Below the pieces are notes generated by a model, which saw only the letters and a program-made list of their open reading frames with translations, was not told where the DNA came from and did no database searches. Below are positions 40,497-50,619 of a DNA stretch of 64,000 nt, piece after piece; position 1 is the stretch's first letter; each line of letters starts with the position of its first letter. The stretch is from NCBI GenBank assembly GCA_965541615.1, contig CBEUCJ010000001.1, positions 259,754 through 323,753 on the forward strand, in the 5' to 3' direction. Made by a program: the position numbers and the translations under genes. This stretch comes from an uncultured bacterium. GTDB taxonomy: Bacteria > Omnitrophota > Gorgyraeia > Duberdicusellales > CBEUCJ01.

Positions 40497-41053
40497 AGGA
40501 CAAAGATAAAAATAAAGAAAATAACAAGAAAGAAACAGCTGAAAAAGAAGAGAAGATTATTAACTTAACTGAGAAAGAGTTTAAAGAGCTTAAAGAGAAA
40601 GCTCAAAAAGCAGACACCTATTATGAGCAACTGATAAGATTAAAAGCTGATTTTGAAAATGCTTTAAAACATTTTGAAAAACAGAAATCTGAATATATAA
40701 AGTTAGCAAACTTTTCTTTAATAAAAGATTTACTCACTATCTTAGATGATTTTGAAAGAATTATTGAGTTTGCGCAAAAGAGAGAAAAAGAGTTTAAAGA
40801 TTTAAAAGAGGCGATAAATATGGTGTATAAAAATCTGTTACAAAGACTTAAATCTGAAGGTTTAAAAGAAACACCTACAGATTTTTTTGATCCCTTTTAT
40901 CATGAAGCAGTATCAACTACTGAGAATAAAGATTTAGAAGACAATAAAATTGTAGAAGTCCTCCAAAAAGGATACCTTTTAAATGAGAAGGTTTTAAGGA
41001 CAGCTAAAGTCATAGTAAACAAGGTTTCTGTAGAAAAAGAGGGAGGTGAATAA
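40493..41053 (+). CDS. grpE: Nucleotide exchange factor GrpE
   Basis: ADFEN, FDP.YHEAV, QKGY.L..KVLR.AKV. Confidence 0.95.
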   Translation: MKDKDKNKENNKKETAEKEEKIINLTEKEFKELKEKAQKADTYYEQLIRLKADFENALKHFEKQKSEYIKLANFSLIKDLLTILDDFERIIEFAQKREKEFKDLKEAINMVYKNLLQRLKSEGLKETPTDFFDPFYHEAVSTTENKDLEDNKIVEVLQKGYLLNEKVLRTAKVIVNKVSVEKEGGE

Positions 41054-41055
41054 AA

Positions 41056-42930
41056 ATGGCTAAGGTAATAGGGATCGATTTAGGTACTACAAATTCAGCT
41101 TGTTGTGTTTTAATGGGAGGAAAACCCACAATGATACCATCTGCTGAAGGAACTACTATTGCAGGAGGAAAGGCTTTTCCTTCATATGTAGCTATAACAA
41201 AGGATGGAAACTTGCTTGTAGGTGAACCTGCAAGAAGACAAGCTTCAATAAATCCTCAAGGAACTGTTACTGCATGGAAAAGAAAGATGGGACAAAATGT
41301 TAAAATAAAACTTCACGATAAAGAATTTACACCTCAACAGTTATCAGCATTTTTGTTACAGAAGATTAAAAAAGATGCAGAACAATTCTTAGGAGAAGAA
41401 GTAAAAGAAGCAGTAATTACTGTTCCTGCATATTTTAATGATAACCAAAGGCAAGCTACAAAAGATGCAGGTGAAATTGCAGGGTTAAAAGTTTTAAGAA
41501 TCATAAATGAACCTACAGCTGCGTGTTTGGCTTATGGTTTAGATAAGCAAGATAAAGAACTAAAGATTTTGGTATTTGATTTTGGAGGAGGGACACTCGA
41601 CGTCACTCTAATGGAAATGGGCCAAGGTGTCTTTCAAGTAAAATCAACATCTGGTGATACTCAATTAGGTGGAAAGGATATGGACCAAGCTCTGGTTAAT
41701 TATGTAATAGAAGAATTCAAAAAAGATACAGGTATAGATTTAAGAAATGATAAGATGGCTATGCAGAGATTGTATGAAGCTTGCGAAAAAGCAAAAATAG
41801 AGTTGTCTTCTACTTTAGAGACAGAGATAAATCTTCCTTATATCACTGCTGATCAAACAGGTCCTAAACACTTAACTATGAGGATCACAAGAGCTAAATT
41901 AGAAGAGTTAGTCACCCCTATTATAGAAAGATGTAGACATCCTATTGAACAGGCTTTGAAAGATGCAGGTTGGTCTCCTCAAGACATAGATAAGATAATC
42001 TTAGTAGGAGGTCCTACACGTATGCCTATAGTCCAAAGATTTTTAGAGGATATTTTTGGTAAAAAGATTGAGCGTGGAGTAGATCCTATGGAGTGTGTAG
42101 CTACAGGAGCAGCTTTACAAGCTGGAATCATAAAAGGAGAAGTAAAAGATATTCTTCTTTTAGACGTTATACCTCTCTCTTTAGGAATCGAAACTTTAGG
42201 AGGAATATTTACAAAGATAATTGAGAGAAATACTACTATTCCTTGTAGAAAATCTCAAATCTTTACTACAGCTGAAGATAATCAAACTGCTGTTACTATA
42301 AGGGTCTTACAAGGTGAGAGACCTATGGCAAATGATAATGTAGAATTGGGTAGATTTGATTTAATAGGAATACCTCCAGCCCCAAGAGGAGTGCCTCAAA
42401 TAGAAGTAACTTTTGATGTAGATGCAGATGGTATTTTACATGTCTCTGCTAAAGATAAAGCTACAGGAAAAGAACAATCTATAAGGATAACAGCTCCTCA
42501 CAAATTATCTAAAGAAGAGATAGAAAGAATGATAAAAGAAGCTGAAAAATATAAAGCTGAAGATGAAAAGAGAAAACAATTAGCAGAATTAAGAAATCAG
42601 GCTGATAATTTAATTTATACCACTCAGAAAACATTAAAAGATTTAGGAGACAAAATTCCAGAATCTGAGAGAAAGACTGTAGAAGAAAAGATAAATAATT
42701 TGAAAGAAAAGCTAAAGACATCAGACTATGAAGGTATTAAAAAAGCTATGGAAGATTTAGTTCAAAGTTCACATAGGATAGCTCAAGAAGTATATAAAAG
42801 AGCTCAAACTCAACAACAGCAACAGACAGGAACTAGTTCTCAAGGTTCTACAACAGAATCTGGTTCTTCACAGCAAACCAAAGATGATAAAGTAATAGAT
42901 GCAGAATTTAAAGAAGAGGATAAAAAATGA
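41056..42930 (+). CDS. dnaK: Chaperone DnaK
   Basis: [31 protein letters not shown]. Confidence 0.97.
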   Translation: MAKVIGIDLGTTNSACCVLMGGKPTMIPSAEGTTIAGGKAFPSYVAITKDGNLLVGEPARRQASINPQGTVTAWKRKMGQNVKIKLHDKEFTPQQLSAFLLQKIKKDAEQFLGEEVKEAVITVPAYFNDNQRQATKDAGEIAGLKVLRIINEPTAACLAYGLDKQDKELKILVFDFGGGTLDVTLMEMGQGVFQVKSTSGDTQLGGKDMDQALVNYVIEEFKKDTGIDLRNDKMAMQRLYEACEKAKIELSSTLETEINLPYITADQTGPKHLTMRITRAKLEELVTPIIERCRHPIEQALKDAGWSPQDIDKIILVGGPTRMPIVQRFLEDIFGKKIERGVDPMECVATGAALQAGIIKGEVKDILLLDVIPLSLGIETLGGIFTKIIERNTTIPCRKSQIFTTAEDNQTAVTIRVLQGERPMANDNVELGRFDLIGIPPAPRGVPQIEVTFDVDADGILHVSAKDKATGKEQSIRITAPHKLSKEEIERMIKEAEKYKAEDEKRKQLAELRNQADNLIYTTQKTLKDLGDKIPESERKTVEEKINNLKEKLKTSDYEGIKKAMEDLVQSSHRIAQEVYKRAQTQQQQQTGTSSQGSTTESGSSQQTKDDKVIDAEFKEEDKK

Positions 42931-44033
42931 TGGGGACAAAAAAAGATTATTATGAAATTTTAGGTGTTAGTAGAGACGCTTCTCAAGAGGAGATAAAGAG
43001 AAGGTTTAGAGAGTTAGCTTTAAAGTACCATCCAGACAGAAACCCAGATAGGAGAAAATGGGCTGAAGAAAAATTCAAAGAGATTTCAGAAGCTTATGAA
43101 GTGTTATCTGACCCTGAGAAAAGAAGGTTATATGATATGTATGGACACCAAGGTCTGCAAGGAGCTTTCAGTGGACCTGAATTTAGTTGGCAGGATTTCA
43201 CTCATTTTGATGATATAAGTGATTTGTTTGGTAGCTTTGATGATTTTCTGAGAAGTTTTGGAATAGATTTAGATATATTTGGAGATAGCTTTTTTACTAC
43301 TAGAAGAACTAGGAGAACTCAAAGAGGTAGAGACTTATATTTAGAATTGGAAATAGATTTTTTAGAAGCTGTAAAAGGTGCAGAGAAAAGAATAACTTTA
43401 ACAAAAGAAGCCAAATGTCCACAATGTAAAGGACAAGGGTATTTAAATCCTCAGGATATTACAATCTGTCCAGAATGCAAAGGGAGTGGAGTAAAATCTA
43501 AAACTACAGGTTTTGTATTCTTTTCTACTACATGTCCTTACTGCAAAGGTACAGGCAAAGTTATTAAGAATCCTTGCAAAGAATGTAAAGGAAGAGGAAC
43601 AATAAGGGTTAGGAAAAATATAGTAGTGAAAATTCCTCCAGGAGTAGAAGAAGGCACAAAATTAAGGATTCAGGGAGAAGGAGAAGAAGTATCGGTTGGA
43701 AGACCAGGTGATTTATACATAATATTAAAAGTAAGAGAACATCCAATTTTTAAAAGAGACGGATTAGATATTTACTGTCAAATTCATGTTCCTCTAACAA
43801 AAGCTGTTTTGGGAGGAGAAGTAGAAGTTCCTACTTTAGAAGGACAAGTTAAAATGAAGATACCTCCAGGCACTCAATCAGGAACTGTATTTAGATTAAA
43901 GAATAAAGGAATTCAAAAAAATTTCCAAAGAGGAGATGAGTATGTAAAAGTTATAGTAGATATTCCTAAAAATTTATCAAAGAAAGAAAAAGAATTATTT
44001 TTAGAGATAGCTAAATTAAGAAAAGAAATATAA
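42927..44033 (+). CDS. dnaJ: Chaperone DnaJ
   Basis: J domain with HPD, four CxxCxGxG repeats. Confidence 0.97.
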   Translation: MMGTKKDYYEILGVSRDASQEEIKRRFRELALKYHPDRNPDRRKWAEEKFKEISEAYEVLSDPEKRRLYDMYGHQGLQGAFSGPEFSWQDFTHFDDISDLFGSFDDFLRSFGIDLDIFGDSFFTTRRTRRTQRGRDLYLELEIDFLEAVKGAEKRITLTKEAKCPQCKGQGYLNPQDITICPECKGSGVKSKTTGFVFFSTTCPYCKGTGKVIKNPCKECKGRGTIRVRKNIVVKIPPGVEEGTKLRIQGEGEEVSVGRPGDLYIILKVREHPIFKRDGLDIYCQIHVPLTKAVLGGEVEVPTLEGQVKMKIPPGTQSGTVFRLKNKGIQKNFQRGDEYVKVIVDIPKNLSKKEKELFLEIAKLRKEI

Positions 44034-44127
44034 TTTAAAATTTCTTCTAATTCTTCAGATCACTCTTCAAAATCATCTCAAAAATAAATTTTTGGAGAAA
44101 AAATTTTTTCAAATTATAATTTTTTTG

Positions 44128-44156
44128 TTGACTTAACTTAAATTTTTTTTTAAAAT
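44128..44156 (+). promoter_or_regulatory. Sigma70-type promoter of the Lys-rich microprotein gene
   Basis: TTGACT-N17-TAAAAT with AT-rich upstream region. Confidence 0.7.
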
Positions 44157-44197
44157 TTTTTTGAAAAAATTTTTTGAAAAAAGAAAGGAGGTGAAGG

Positions 44198-44302
44198 ATG
44201 GCAAAAGCAAAGAAAGCAGCAAAAAAAACAACAAAGAAAACTTCTAAAGCAAAGAAAACAACAAAGAAGGCAGCAAAGAAAAGTAGTAAGAAGAAGAAAT
44301 AA
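44198..44302 (+). CDS. 34-aa Lys/Ala/Thr/Ser-only histone-H1-like microprotein MAKAKKAAKKTTKKTSKAKKTTKKAAKKSSKKKK
   Basis: Translated manually; RBS AAGGAGGTGA, own promoter and downstream hairpin; absent from ORF track. Confidence 0.8.
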   Translation: MAKAKKAAKKTTKKTSKAKKTTKKAAKKSSKKKK

Positions 44303-44323
44303 GAGTTTGACTCTTTGATTTAA

Positions 44324-44347
44324 AAAGAAGGAAGGCCTTCCTTCTTT
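44324..44347 (+). terminator. Perfect 24-bp palindrome, probable terminator hairpin
   Basis: AAAGAAGGAAGG|CCTTCCTTCTTT about 20 nt after the microprotein stop. Confidence 0.65.
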
Positions 44348-44404
44348 GTATTAAAAAATAAGTTCCTAAAAAAGAGGCCTACCTTTTTACCTTTCTTAAT
44401 AAAA

Positions 44405-44433
44405 TTGAATCTTTTGAAGAGATGTGATATTAT
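44405..44433 (+). promoter_or_regulatory. Promoter of the MazG-like gene (probably leaderless)
   Basis: TTGAAT-N17-TATTAT with extended -10 TG; ATG at 44440. Confidence 0.55.
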
Positions 44434-44439
44434 TTTTTT

Positions 44440-44751
44440 ATGAATATAAAAAAGTATTCAATTTCAGATTTAGTAAAAATATCTCACAGTATAGCTAAAG
44501 AAAAAGGATGGTGGGATAGGGAAAGAAACGATGCAGAATTAATAGCTCTAATGCATTCAGAATTATCTGAAGCTTTACAAGCTTTAAGAAATAATGAACC
44601 CTTAGAAAAAGTAGCTGAAGAATTAGCTGATTGTATTATAAGGATTTTTGATTACTGCGGATTTAAAAACATAGATTTAGAGAAAGCGATTTTGGAAAAG
44701 ATAGAAAAGAATAAAAAACGTCCTTATAGACATGGAAATAAAAAATTTTAA
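44440..44751 (+). CDS. MazG-like all-alpha NTP pyrophosphohydrolase
   Basis: ALMHSELSEAL, EELAD.IIRIFD, KN..RPYRHG. Confidence 0.82.
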   Translation: MNIKKYSISDLVKISHSIAKEKGWWDRERNDAELIALMHSELSEALQALRNNEPLEKVAEELADCIIRIFDYCGFKNIDLEKAILEKIEKNKKRPYRHGNKKF

Positions 44752-44766
44752 TAAAGGAGGCAAGAG

Positions 44767-45138
44767 ATGAAAAATCTTATAATCCTTTTATTATCAGCCT
44801 TTTTAGGAGGATGCACTCCTTTATTAATAGGAGCAGGTTTAGGAACTATAGCAGGTTACTGTGTAAGTTCAGATACTATTCAAGGAGAGTTAAAGACTGA
44901 TTTTGAAACCCTTTATTCAGCAGCTAAAGATGTACTCAGCCAGATTGGAGAGATAGAAGAAGAAGATATCCAATCAGGAAGAATTATTGCTAAAGTAGGT
45001 TTAAACAGAGTAAAAGTTTCTATAGATGCTCTTAATAACAATACTCTAAAATTAAGAGTTAAATGTAGAAGAGCTCTTTTACCCAACTTGAGTTTAGCAA
45101 ACAGAATATTTGTGAAAATAATAAATAAGATTAAGTGA
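44767..45138 (+). CDS. Lipoprotein, DUF3568-like
   Basis: Lipobox LGGC followed by Gly-rich hydrophobic segment. Confidence 0.6.
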   Translation: MKNLIILLLSAFLGGCTPLLIGAGLGTIAGYCVSSDTIQGELKTDFETLYSAAKDVLSQIGEIEEEDIQSGRIIAKVGLNRVKVSIDALNNNTLKLRVKCRRALLPNLSLANRIFVKIINKIK

Positions 45139-45905
45139 GAAGATTAACTCTTCTTTTCCTTTCCCTTCTTCTCTTTTTTAATTGTTCAAAGCATTCTTTA
45201 AACTATTCTCATATAAGAGTTATAAAAGTCATAGATGGAGATACAGTGATCTTAGAGAATGGAGAACATTTAAGGTATTTAGGCATAGATACTCCAGAAA
45301 TAAGGAAGAAAGTAGCAGGTAAGTGGATTTTCATGCCTCAACCTTTTTCTTTACAGGCAAAGGAATTTAATAAGAATTTGGTAGAAAAAAAATTTGTGAG
45401 AGTAGAATTTGATGTTGAAAAAAGAGATAGATATAACAGACTTTTAGGCTATGTGTTTGTGGATAAGACTTTTGTAAATGAAAGATTAGTAAAAGAAGGG
45501 TTAGCTATAGTTAGTTTTAAACCTCCAAATTTGAAATACTTAAAAAGATTTTTAAAAGCACAAGAAGAAGCAAGATTTAATAAAAAGGGTCTATGGGCTT
45601 ATTTAAAACCTATCTCTCCTGCACAGGCTCAAAACTTTATTGGCGAGATAAGGACAGTGAAAGGCAGAATTTTAGATTGTTATTGTCTGAAAGATGCATG
45701 TTTTTTAAATTTCGGTACAGATTACAAAAAAGATTTCACCATTACTATTTTCAAAAGAAGTTTTCCTGAATTTCAAAAAAGAGGAATAGATATCTGTCCA
45801 TACTATAAAAATAAAGAAGTAGAAATTACAGGCAGATTAAGAGAATACAACGGTCCAGAGATCATAGCCAATCTTCCTCAGGATATTAAAGTAATCTCTG
45901 AATGA
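45135..45905 (+). CDS. Exported thermonuclease (SNase) with C-terminal OB-like domain
   Basis: VIDGDT, RYLGIDTPE, DRYNRLLGYV, N..LVKEGLA, GLW. Confidence 0.88.
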   Translation: MRRLTLLFLSLLLFFNCSKHSLNYSHIRVIKVIDGDTVILENGEHLRYLGIDTPEIRKKVAGKWIFMPQPFSLQAKEFNKNLVEKKFVRVEFDVEKRDRYNRLLGYVFVDKTFVNERLVKEGLAIVSFKPPNLKYLKRFLKAQEEARFNKKGLWAYLKPISPAQAQNFIGEIRTVKGRILDCYCLKDACFLNFGTDYKKDFTITIFKRSFPEFQKRGIDICPYYKNKEVEITGRLREYNGPEIIANLPQDIKVISE

Positions 45906-47002
45906 AATCCTTATATATTCATATTCCTTTCTGTAAAAAAAAATGTATCTACTGTGATTTTTATTCTGAGATTTATAATTTTGAAAAAGCGTCCAAATTT
46001 ATAGAAGTAATATGCTGGCAAATTAGAAAAATAAGAGAGAAAAATTTTGAGACTATTTACATTGGGGGAGGGACACCTTCTGTTTTAGATTTAGAACTTT
46101 TGGAAAGGCTATTAAAGGAGTTATATCCTTTAATAAAGAAAGCAAAAGAAGTAAGTATTGAAGTAAATCCAGAATCTATAGATGAAGAAAAAATAGAATT
46201 GCTTAAAGATTTTGTGAATAGGATAAGCATAGGAGTTCAATCATTTAATGATAAAAAATTAAAAGCTTTAACAAGAATGCACGATGCAAAAAAATCTATA
46301 GAGTCAATTCTAAATTTATCAAAAAGATTTAAAAATTTGAGTATAGATTTAATATTTGGGATATGGAATGAAAAAATAGAAGATTTTAAAAAAGATTTAG
46401 AGACAGCCACACAATTTCCTCTCACACACATATCTGTTTACAATCTCACTTATGAAAAAAATACACCTCTTTATGAATTAAAAGAGAAAGGAAAAATAAT
46501 TCCTTTAGATAATGAAATAGAAGCTAAGATGTATGAACTCTGTTTAAAATTTTTACCTAAAAAAAAGTTTTATCAGTATGAAATTTCAAATTTCTCCAAA
46601 AAAGGTTTTGAGTGTCTCCATAACTTAAATTACTGGAATATGGGAGAATTTTTAGGATTAGGACCAGGAGCAGCATCTTTTTTAGATAAAGTTTATTATA
46701 GAAACTATACACCTTTAGAAAGTTATATTAAAAGAGTAAAAAAGAATGAGAGGTTCTTTTTTGTAGAGAAGAAATTGACCTCAAAACAAAAGATAAAATA
46801 TAAAGTGATTCTAAATTTTAGAAGGATAAGAAAGATAAGGATAAGTAAAGAAGAACAGAAAGTTTTGAAGAGAGCATTAAACTACTTAATTAAGGAAAAG
46901 TATGTGAAAGTAAAAGAAAATGGAAATTTTAAAGAATTTTCTCTCACTAAAAAAGGTATATTTTTTTATGATGAGCTTGCTAAAAGTATTTTGTTATGCT
47001 AA
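45902..47002 (+). CDS. hemW: Radical SAM heme chaperone HemW (HemN-like)
   Basis: LYIHIPFCKKKCIYCDF, GGGTPS, YEISNF, HNLNYW. Confidence 0.88.
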   Translation: MKSLYIHIPFCKKKCIYCDFYSEIYNFEKASKFIEVICWQIRKIREKNFETIYIGGGTPSVLDLELLERLLKELYPLIKKAKEVSIEVNPESIDEEKIELLKDFVNRISIGVQSFNDKKLKALTRMHDAKKSIESILNLSKRFKNLSIDLIFGIWNEKIEDFKKDLETATQFPLTHISVYNLTYEKNTPLYELKEKGKIIPLDNEIEAKMYELCLKFLPKKKFYQYEISNFSKKGFECLHNLNYWNMGEFLGLGPGAASFLDKVYYRNYTPLESYIKRVKKNERFFFVEKKLTSKQKIKYKVILNFRRIRKIRISKEEQKVLKRALNYLIKEKYVKVKENGNFKEFSLTKKGIFFYDELAKSILLC

Positions 47003-47024
47003 AATCTTTTCTCAAAAACCTGGT

Positions 47025-47100
<76 letters not shown>

Positions 47101-47183
47101 GGAATATTTTTAAAACCCTCCTTTTCTCAGTAAAAATTTCCAATTGAAAATAATCGAATTATTTGAGAAGATAATTATAAAAT

Positions 47184-47256
47184 GCGCCCGTAGTTCAATT
47201 GGAAGAACGCCTGACTACGGATCAGGAGGTTGGGAGTTCAAGTCTCCCCGGGCGCT
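47184..47256 (+). tRNA. tRNA-Arg (ACG)
   Basis: GCGCCCG/CGGGCGC acceptor; CCTGA-CTACGGA-TCAGG. Confidence 0.95.
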
Positions 47257-47267
47257 CAAAAACATAA

Positions 47268-49082
47268 ATGAAGTTTAAAGAATTAATAGATTTACCCATT
47301 GTAGTAATACTATTACTTTTAGCAATAGGAATTCTTTTTATTCTTGTCTGCAAAAACATTCCTTTAATTCCCTCTGAAGCTTTTTATGCAGGTCTACAGA
47401 TAACTGCATCTTTAGCAGCTTTAATCTGTAGTTTAATTTTTCTAATTAGGTTCTTTATATTTAGACAAAGATTGTATCTTTTTTTAGCTATCACTTTTTT
47501 AATATTTTTTTCCTTTGAGTTTGCGATCGTTTTAGTCTTTTTTGGAAAGATTCCCGCCCCTTCTTTAGAAAAGGAAAATTTTTTAATTTTACTTTCAGCA
47601 GTTTTTACTTGGATATTTTCTCTTTCTTTTTTGATAGGTGCTTCTTTTAAAAAGTTCTTTTTGTCATATATCTCAAGTAAAAAGAAGATGAGCTTTGAAG
47701 CATGTCTTACTCCTTTACTATCTGTATTTGTAGGATTTTTGTTAGCTTACATTTCTTACTTTTTTTCTCAATTTTATTTTAAAGCAAAGGTTTTAAATTT
47801 ATCATTACATTATTTATTGAGCTCAATAATTTTTCCTTTCATTATTCTCATCTACTACAGGATTTATTATAAAGAAAAGAGTCCTTTCTGGTGGTCTATG
47901 CTTCTCTTTATTTCTTTAAATTTTTTAAGTAATTTTTCTTTAGGATTTTCTAATTCATTTTTAGATACACCTTTTATATTCTTTGAGACTTTTAGAGCAA
48001 TAAGTTACTGCACTTTAATCTTAGGAGCAAGTTTTGAAAGTATTATCCTTTTTGAGGAGGAAAGAAGATTAAAAGAATCTTTAGAAAAAGCTAACTTTCA
48101 ACTAAAGAGATTAGATGAATTAAAATCAAAATTTTTATCTAGTGTCTCCCATGAGTTAAGAGCTCCTTTAGGGGTTATTTCTGAGAGTATAAATCAGCTT
48201 TTAGAAGGAATTCCAGGACAGGTTAACCCTTCTCAAAGAAGGATTTTAGAGATAGCCAAAAAAAATACCTCCCACCTTACTGAACTTATAAATGATATTT
48301 TAGATATTCAGAGAATAGAAGCAAAAAAGATGGAACTAAAAAAAGATGTTTTCGATCTTAAAGATCTTTTAAAAGAAGTATACGATTCTTACAAAGAGAG
48401 AGCAAATAGCAAAGGTTTAGAGTTAATTTTGGAGGTGCCTTCATATTCTTTACTTCTATATGCTGATAGAAGAAGAATAAGACAGATATTAGATAATCTT
48501 TTATCTAATTCTTTGAAATTTACAGAAAAAGGATTTATAAAAATCCATGCAGATAAGAAAGAAGATAAAGTTTACTTTGCAGTGAGAGATACAGGTTGTG
48601 GTATTAAGAAAGAAGATTTAGCTTATATTTTTGATAAGTTCAAGCAGTTTGGGAAGAGTAGAGAAGGTACAGGTTTAGGTTTAGCTATAGTTAAAGAACT
48701 TATCTCTTTACATGCTGGTGAGATATTCGTTAGGTCTGAAGAAGGATTAGGCACAGAGTTTAAGGTAGTTTTACCAGGTTTAACAGACAAAAATATCTTT
48801 AATGAATTCTTAAAGACACTAAAAGAAAAGAGTAGGCATGAAAATTCAAATCTTTTTGTTTTAAGACTTTATCATACTAAAGAATCTTCCTTTTTTAGAG
48901 AATTTATTAAAGATTCTTTAAAAGAAAATTTAAAGAATATGATAATTTTTGATACAGAACCTTTAAGTGTGCTTTTAGAGACAAAAGATGTAGACAAAGA
49001 TGATGTTAAGAAGTTACTGAGTAAGTTTTTATCAAAGAAGTATTCATTAGAAGAGATATATACACAAGGAGGTAGAGTTTAA
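47268..49082 (+). CDS. Membrane sensor histidine kinase (multi-TM input, HisKA, HATPase)
   Basis: About 8 TMs, SHELRAPL, NLLSNSLKF, DTGCGI, GTGLGL. Confidence 0.92.
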   Translation: MKFKELIDLPIVVILLLLAIGILFILVCKNIPLIPSEAFYAGLQITASLAALICSLIFLIRFFIFRQRLYLFLAITFLIFFSFEFAIVLVFFGKIPAPSLEKENFLILLSAVFTWIFSLSFLIGASFKKFFLSYISSKKKMSFEACLTPLLSVFVGFLLAYISYFFSQFYFKAKVLNLSLHYLLSSIIFPFIILIYYRIYYKEKSPFWWSMLLFISLNFLSNFSLGFSNSFLDTPFIFFETFRAISYCTLILGASFESIILFEEERRLKESLEKANFQLKRLDELKSKFLSSVSHELRAPLGVISESINQLLEGIPGQVNPSQRRILEIAKKNTSHLTELINDILDIQRIEAKKMELKKDVFDLKDLLKEVYDSYKERANSKGLELILEVPSYSLLLYADRRRIRQILDNLLSNSLKFTEKGFIKIHADKKEDKVYFAVRDTGCGIKKEDLAYIFDKFKQFGKSREGTGLGLAIVKELISLHAGEIFVRSEEGLGTEFKVVLPGLTDKNIFNEFLKTLKEKSRHENSNLFVLRLYHTKESSFFREFIKDSLKENLKNMIIFDTEPLSVLLETKDVDKDDVKKLLSKFLSKKYSLEEIYTQGGRV

Positions 49083-49083
49083 A

Positions 49084-49449
49084 ATGAAAAGGATTCTAAT
49101 TATAGAAGATGATTCTGATTTCAGAGAGTTAATAAAAAATAGGTTATCTTATTCAGGTTTTGAAGTTTATGAAGCAGAAAATGGTGCAGAAGGTCTTAAA
49201 AAGGTAAAAGAAATATCTCCTGACCTTATTCTTTTAGATATTAAGATGCCTGAGATGAATGGCTACTCTCTGATAAAAGAATTAAAAGCAAATCCTCAAA
49301 CAGCTTCTATACCTATTATAATAGTTACTGCTTACAAGGAGATGGAAGAATTATTTAAATTAGAAGGTATACAAGATTATGTAGTAAAGACACAAGATTC
49401 CAATTTGATTTTAGAAAAGATTAATAAAATTTTAAAAGACAAAACTTAA
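49084..49449 (+). CDS. Single-domain response regulator
   Basis: IEDD, LLDIKMPEMNG, VTA, K. Confidence 0.93.
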   Translation: MKRILIIEDDSDFRELIKNRLSYSGFEVYEAENGAEGLKKVKEISPDLILLDIKMPEMNGYSLIKELKANPQTASIPIIIVTAYKEMEELFKLEGIQDYVVKTQDSNLILEKINKILKDKT

Positions 49450-49450
49450 A

Positions 49451-49546
49451 GGAGAGGTGCCTGAGTCTGGTTTAAAGGGCCCCGCTCGAAACGGGGTGCT
49501 CTCTGTCACAAACAGAGAGCCGTGGGTTCAAATCCCACCCTCTCCG
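49451..49546 (+). tRNA. tRNA-Ser (CGA)
   Basis: GGAGAGG/CCTCTCC acceptor, CCCCG-CTCGAAA-CGGGG, 9-bp variable-arm stem. Confidence 0.93.
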
Positions 49547-49570
49547 CATAAGGAATCTAAATTTTAAAAA

Positions 49571-50215
49571 ATGGGGATTTTTAAATTATTAAAAGAAGAT
49601 ATTCAGACTGTCTTTAAAAAAGATCCTGCTGCAAGGAGCACAATAGAGGTTATCTTATGTTATCCAGGTTTACATGCTATTTGGTTCCATAGGATAGCAC
49701 ACTGGTTATGGAATAAAAGATTAAGATTGTTAGCTAGGATTATCTCTCATATTTCAAGATTTTTGACAGGAATAGAAATACACCCAGGAGCCAAAATTGG
49801 TAGAAGATTTTTTATAGACCATGGTGCAGGTGTAGTAATAGGTGAAACTTCAGAGATTGGAGAAGATGTATTAATCTATCAAGGAGTAGTTTTAGGAGGT
49901 ACAAGCTTAGAAAAGAAGAAAAGACATCCTACAATAGGAAATAATGTAGTAATTGGAGCAGGAGCTATATTATTAGGTCCTATTAAAGTAGGAGACAATG
50001 CCAAAATAGGAGCAGGCTCTGTAGTGATAAAAGATGTGCCACCAAATACTACAGTAGTAGGAGTTCCTGCTCATGTGGTAGGAAAGGAAAGGAAAAAAAT
50101 AATGGGTGTAGATTTAGACCATCACAAACTCCCTGACCCTTTAATAGAAGTATTTAAAAGATTAGAAGAGAGGATTAAAAAAATAGAAGAAATTCTTCAA
50201 GAAAAATGCTCTTAA
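49571..50215 (+). CDS. cysE: Serine O-acetyltransferase
   Basis: [36 protein letters not shown]. Confidence 0.95.
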   Translation: MGIFKLLKEDIQTVFKKDPAARSTIEVILCYPGLHAIWFHRIAHWLWNKRLRLLARIISHISRFLTGIEIHPGAKIGRRFFIDHGAGVVIGETSEIGEDVLIYQGVVLGGTSLEKKKRHPTIGNNVVIGAGAILLGPIKVGDNAKIGAGSVVIKDVPPNTTVVGVPAHVVGKERKKIMGVDLDHHKLPDPLIEVFKRLEERIKKIEEILQEKCS

Positions 50216-50253
50216 AACCATACAATTTATTTTAAATATATGTTATACTTTTC

Positions 50254-50619
50254 TTGGTGAAGAAAAGTTTTACTTTAATAGAGATAACTATAGCTATAGC
50301 TATTTTAGCTTTAGTTATTGGAGGTATTTTATATTCTTATGTAATCTCTTTAAATACGATTAGAAATTTAGAGTATAAAACAAAAGCTCTTTTATTTACT
50401 CAAGAAATTTTAGAAGAATTTAGAGGCAAAACTTTAGTCCAGTTAGTGAATAATTATGATGGTGTTGATTTTCCTTATGGAGATATTAATGTCCATACAG
50501 ATATAGAAGTTTTGGAAGGTAGTGTGAGTTTACCTCTTTTATTGAGAATAACTTTTGAAATCAGGTGGCCTACAAGTACTAATCCTTTAACTTTAGTTTC
50601 TTACATTACTCAGAGATGA
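50254..50619 (+). CDS. Type IV pilin-like protein (PilV-like position)
   Basis: Class III signal KKS|FTLIE plus hydrophobic helix; start may be GTG 50257. Confidence 0.78.
   Translation: MVKKSFTLIEITIAIAILALVIGGILYSYVISLNTIRNLEYKTKALLFTQEILEEFRGKTLVQLVNNYDGVDFPYGDINVHTDIEVLEGSVSLPLLLRITFEIRWPTSTNPLTLVSYITQR

Noticed and set aside
42800-42890. Gln/Ser/Thr-rich low-complexity stretch in dnaK
   Set aside because: Ordinary disordered DnaK C-terminal tail
44063-44421. 10-bp inverted match CTCTTCAAAA/TTTTGAAGAG flanking the microprotein locus
   Set aside because: Too short and AT-rich to distinguish from chance
47184-49546. Two-component pair between tRNA-Arg and tRNA-Ser as a genomic island
   Set aside because: No integrase, no duplicated tRNA 3' end seen, composition like the background
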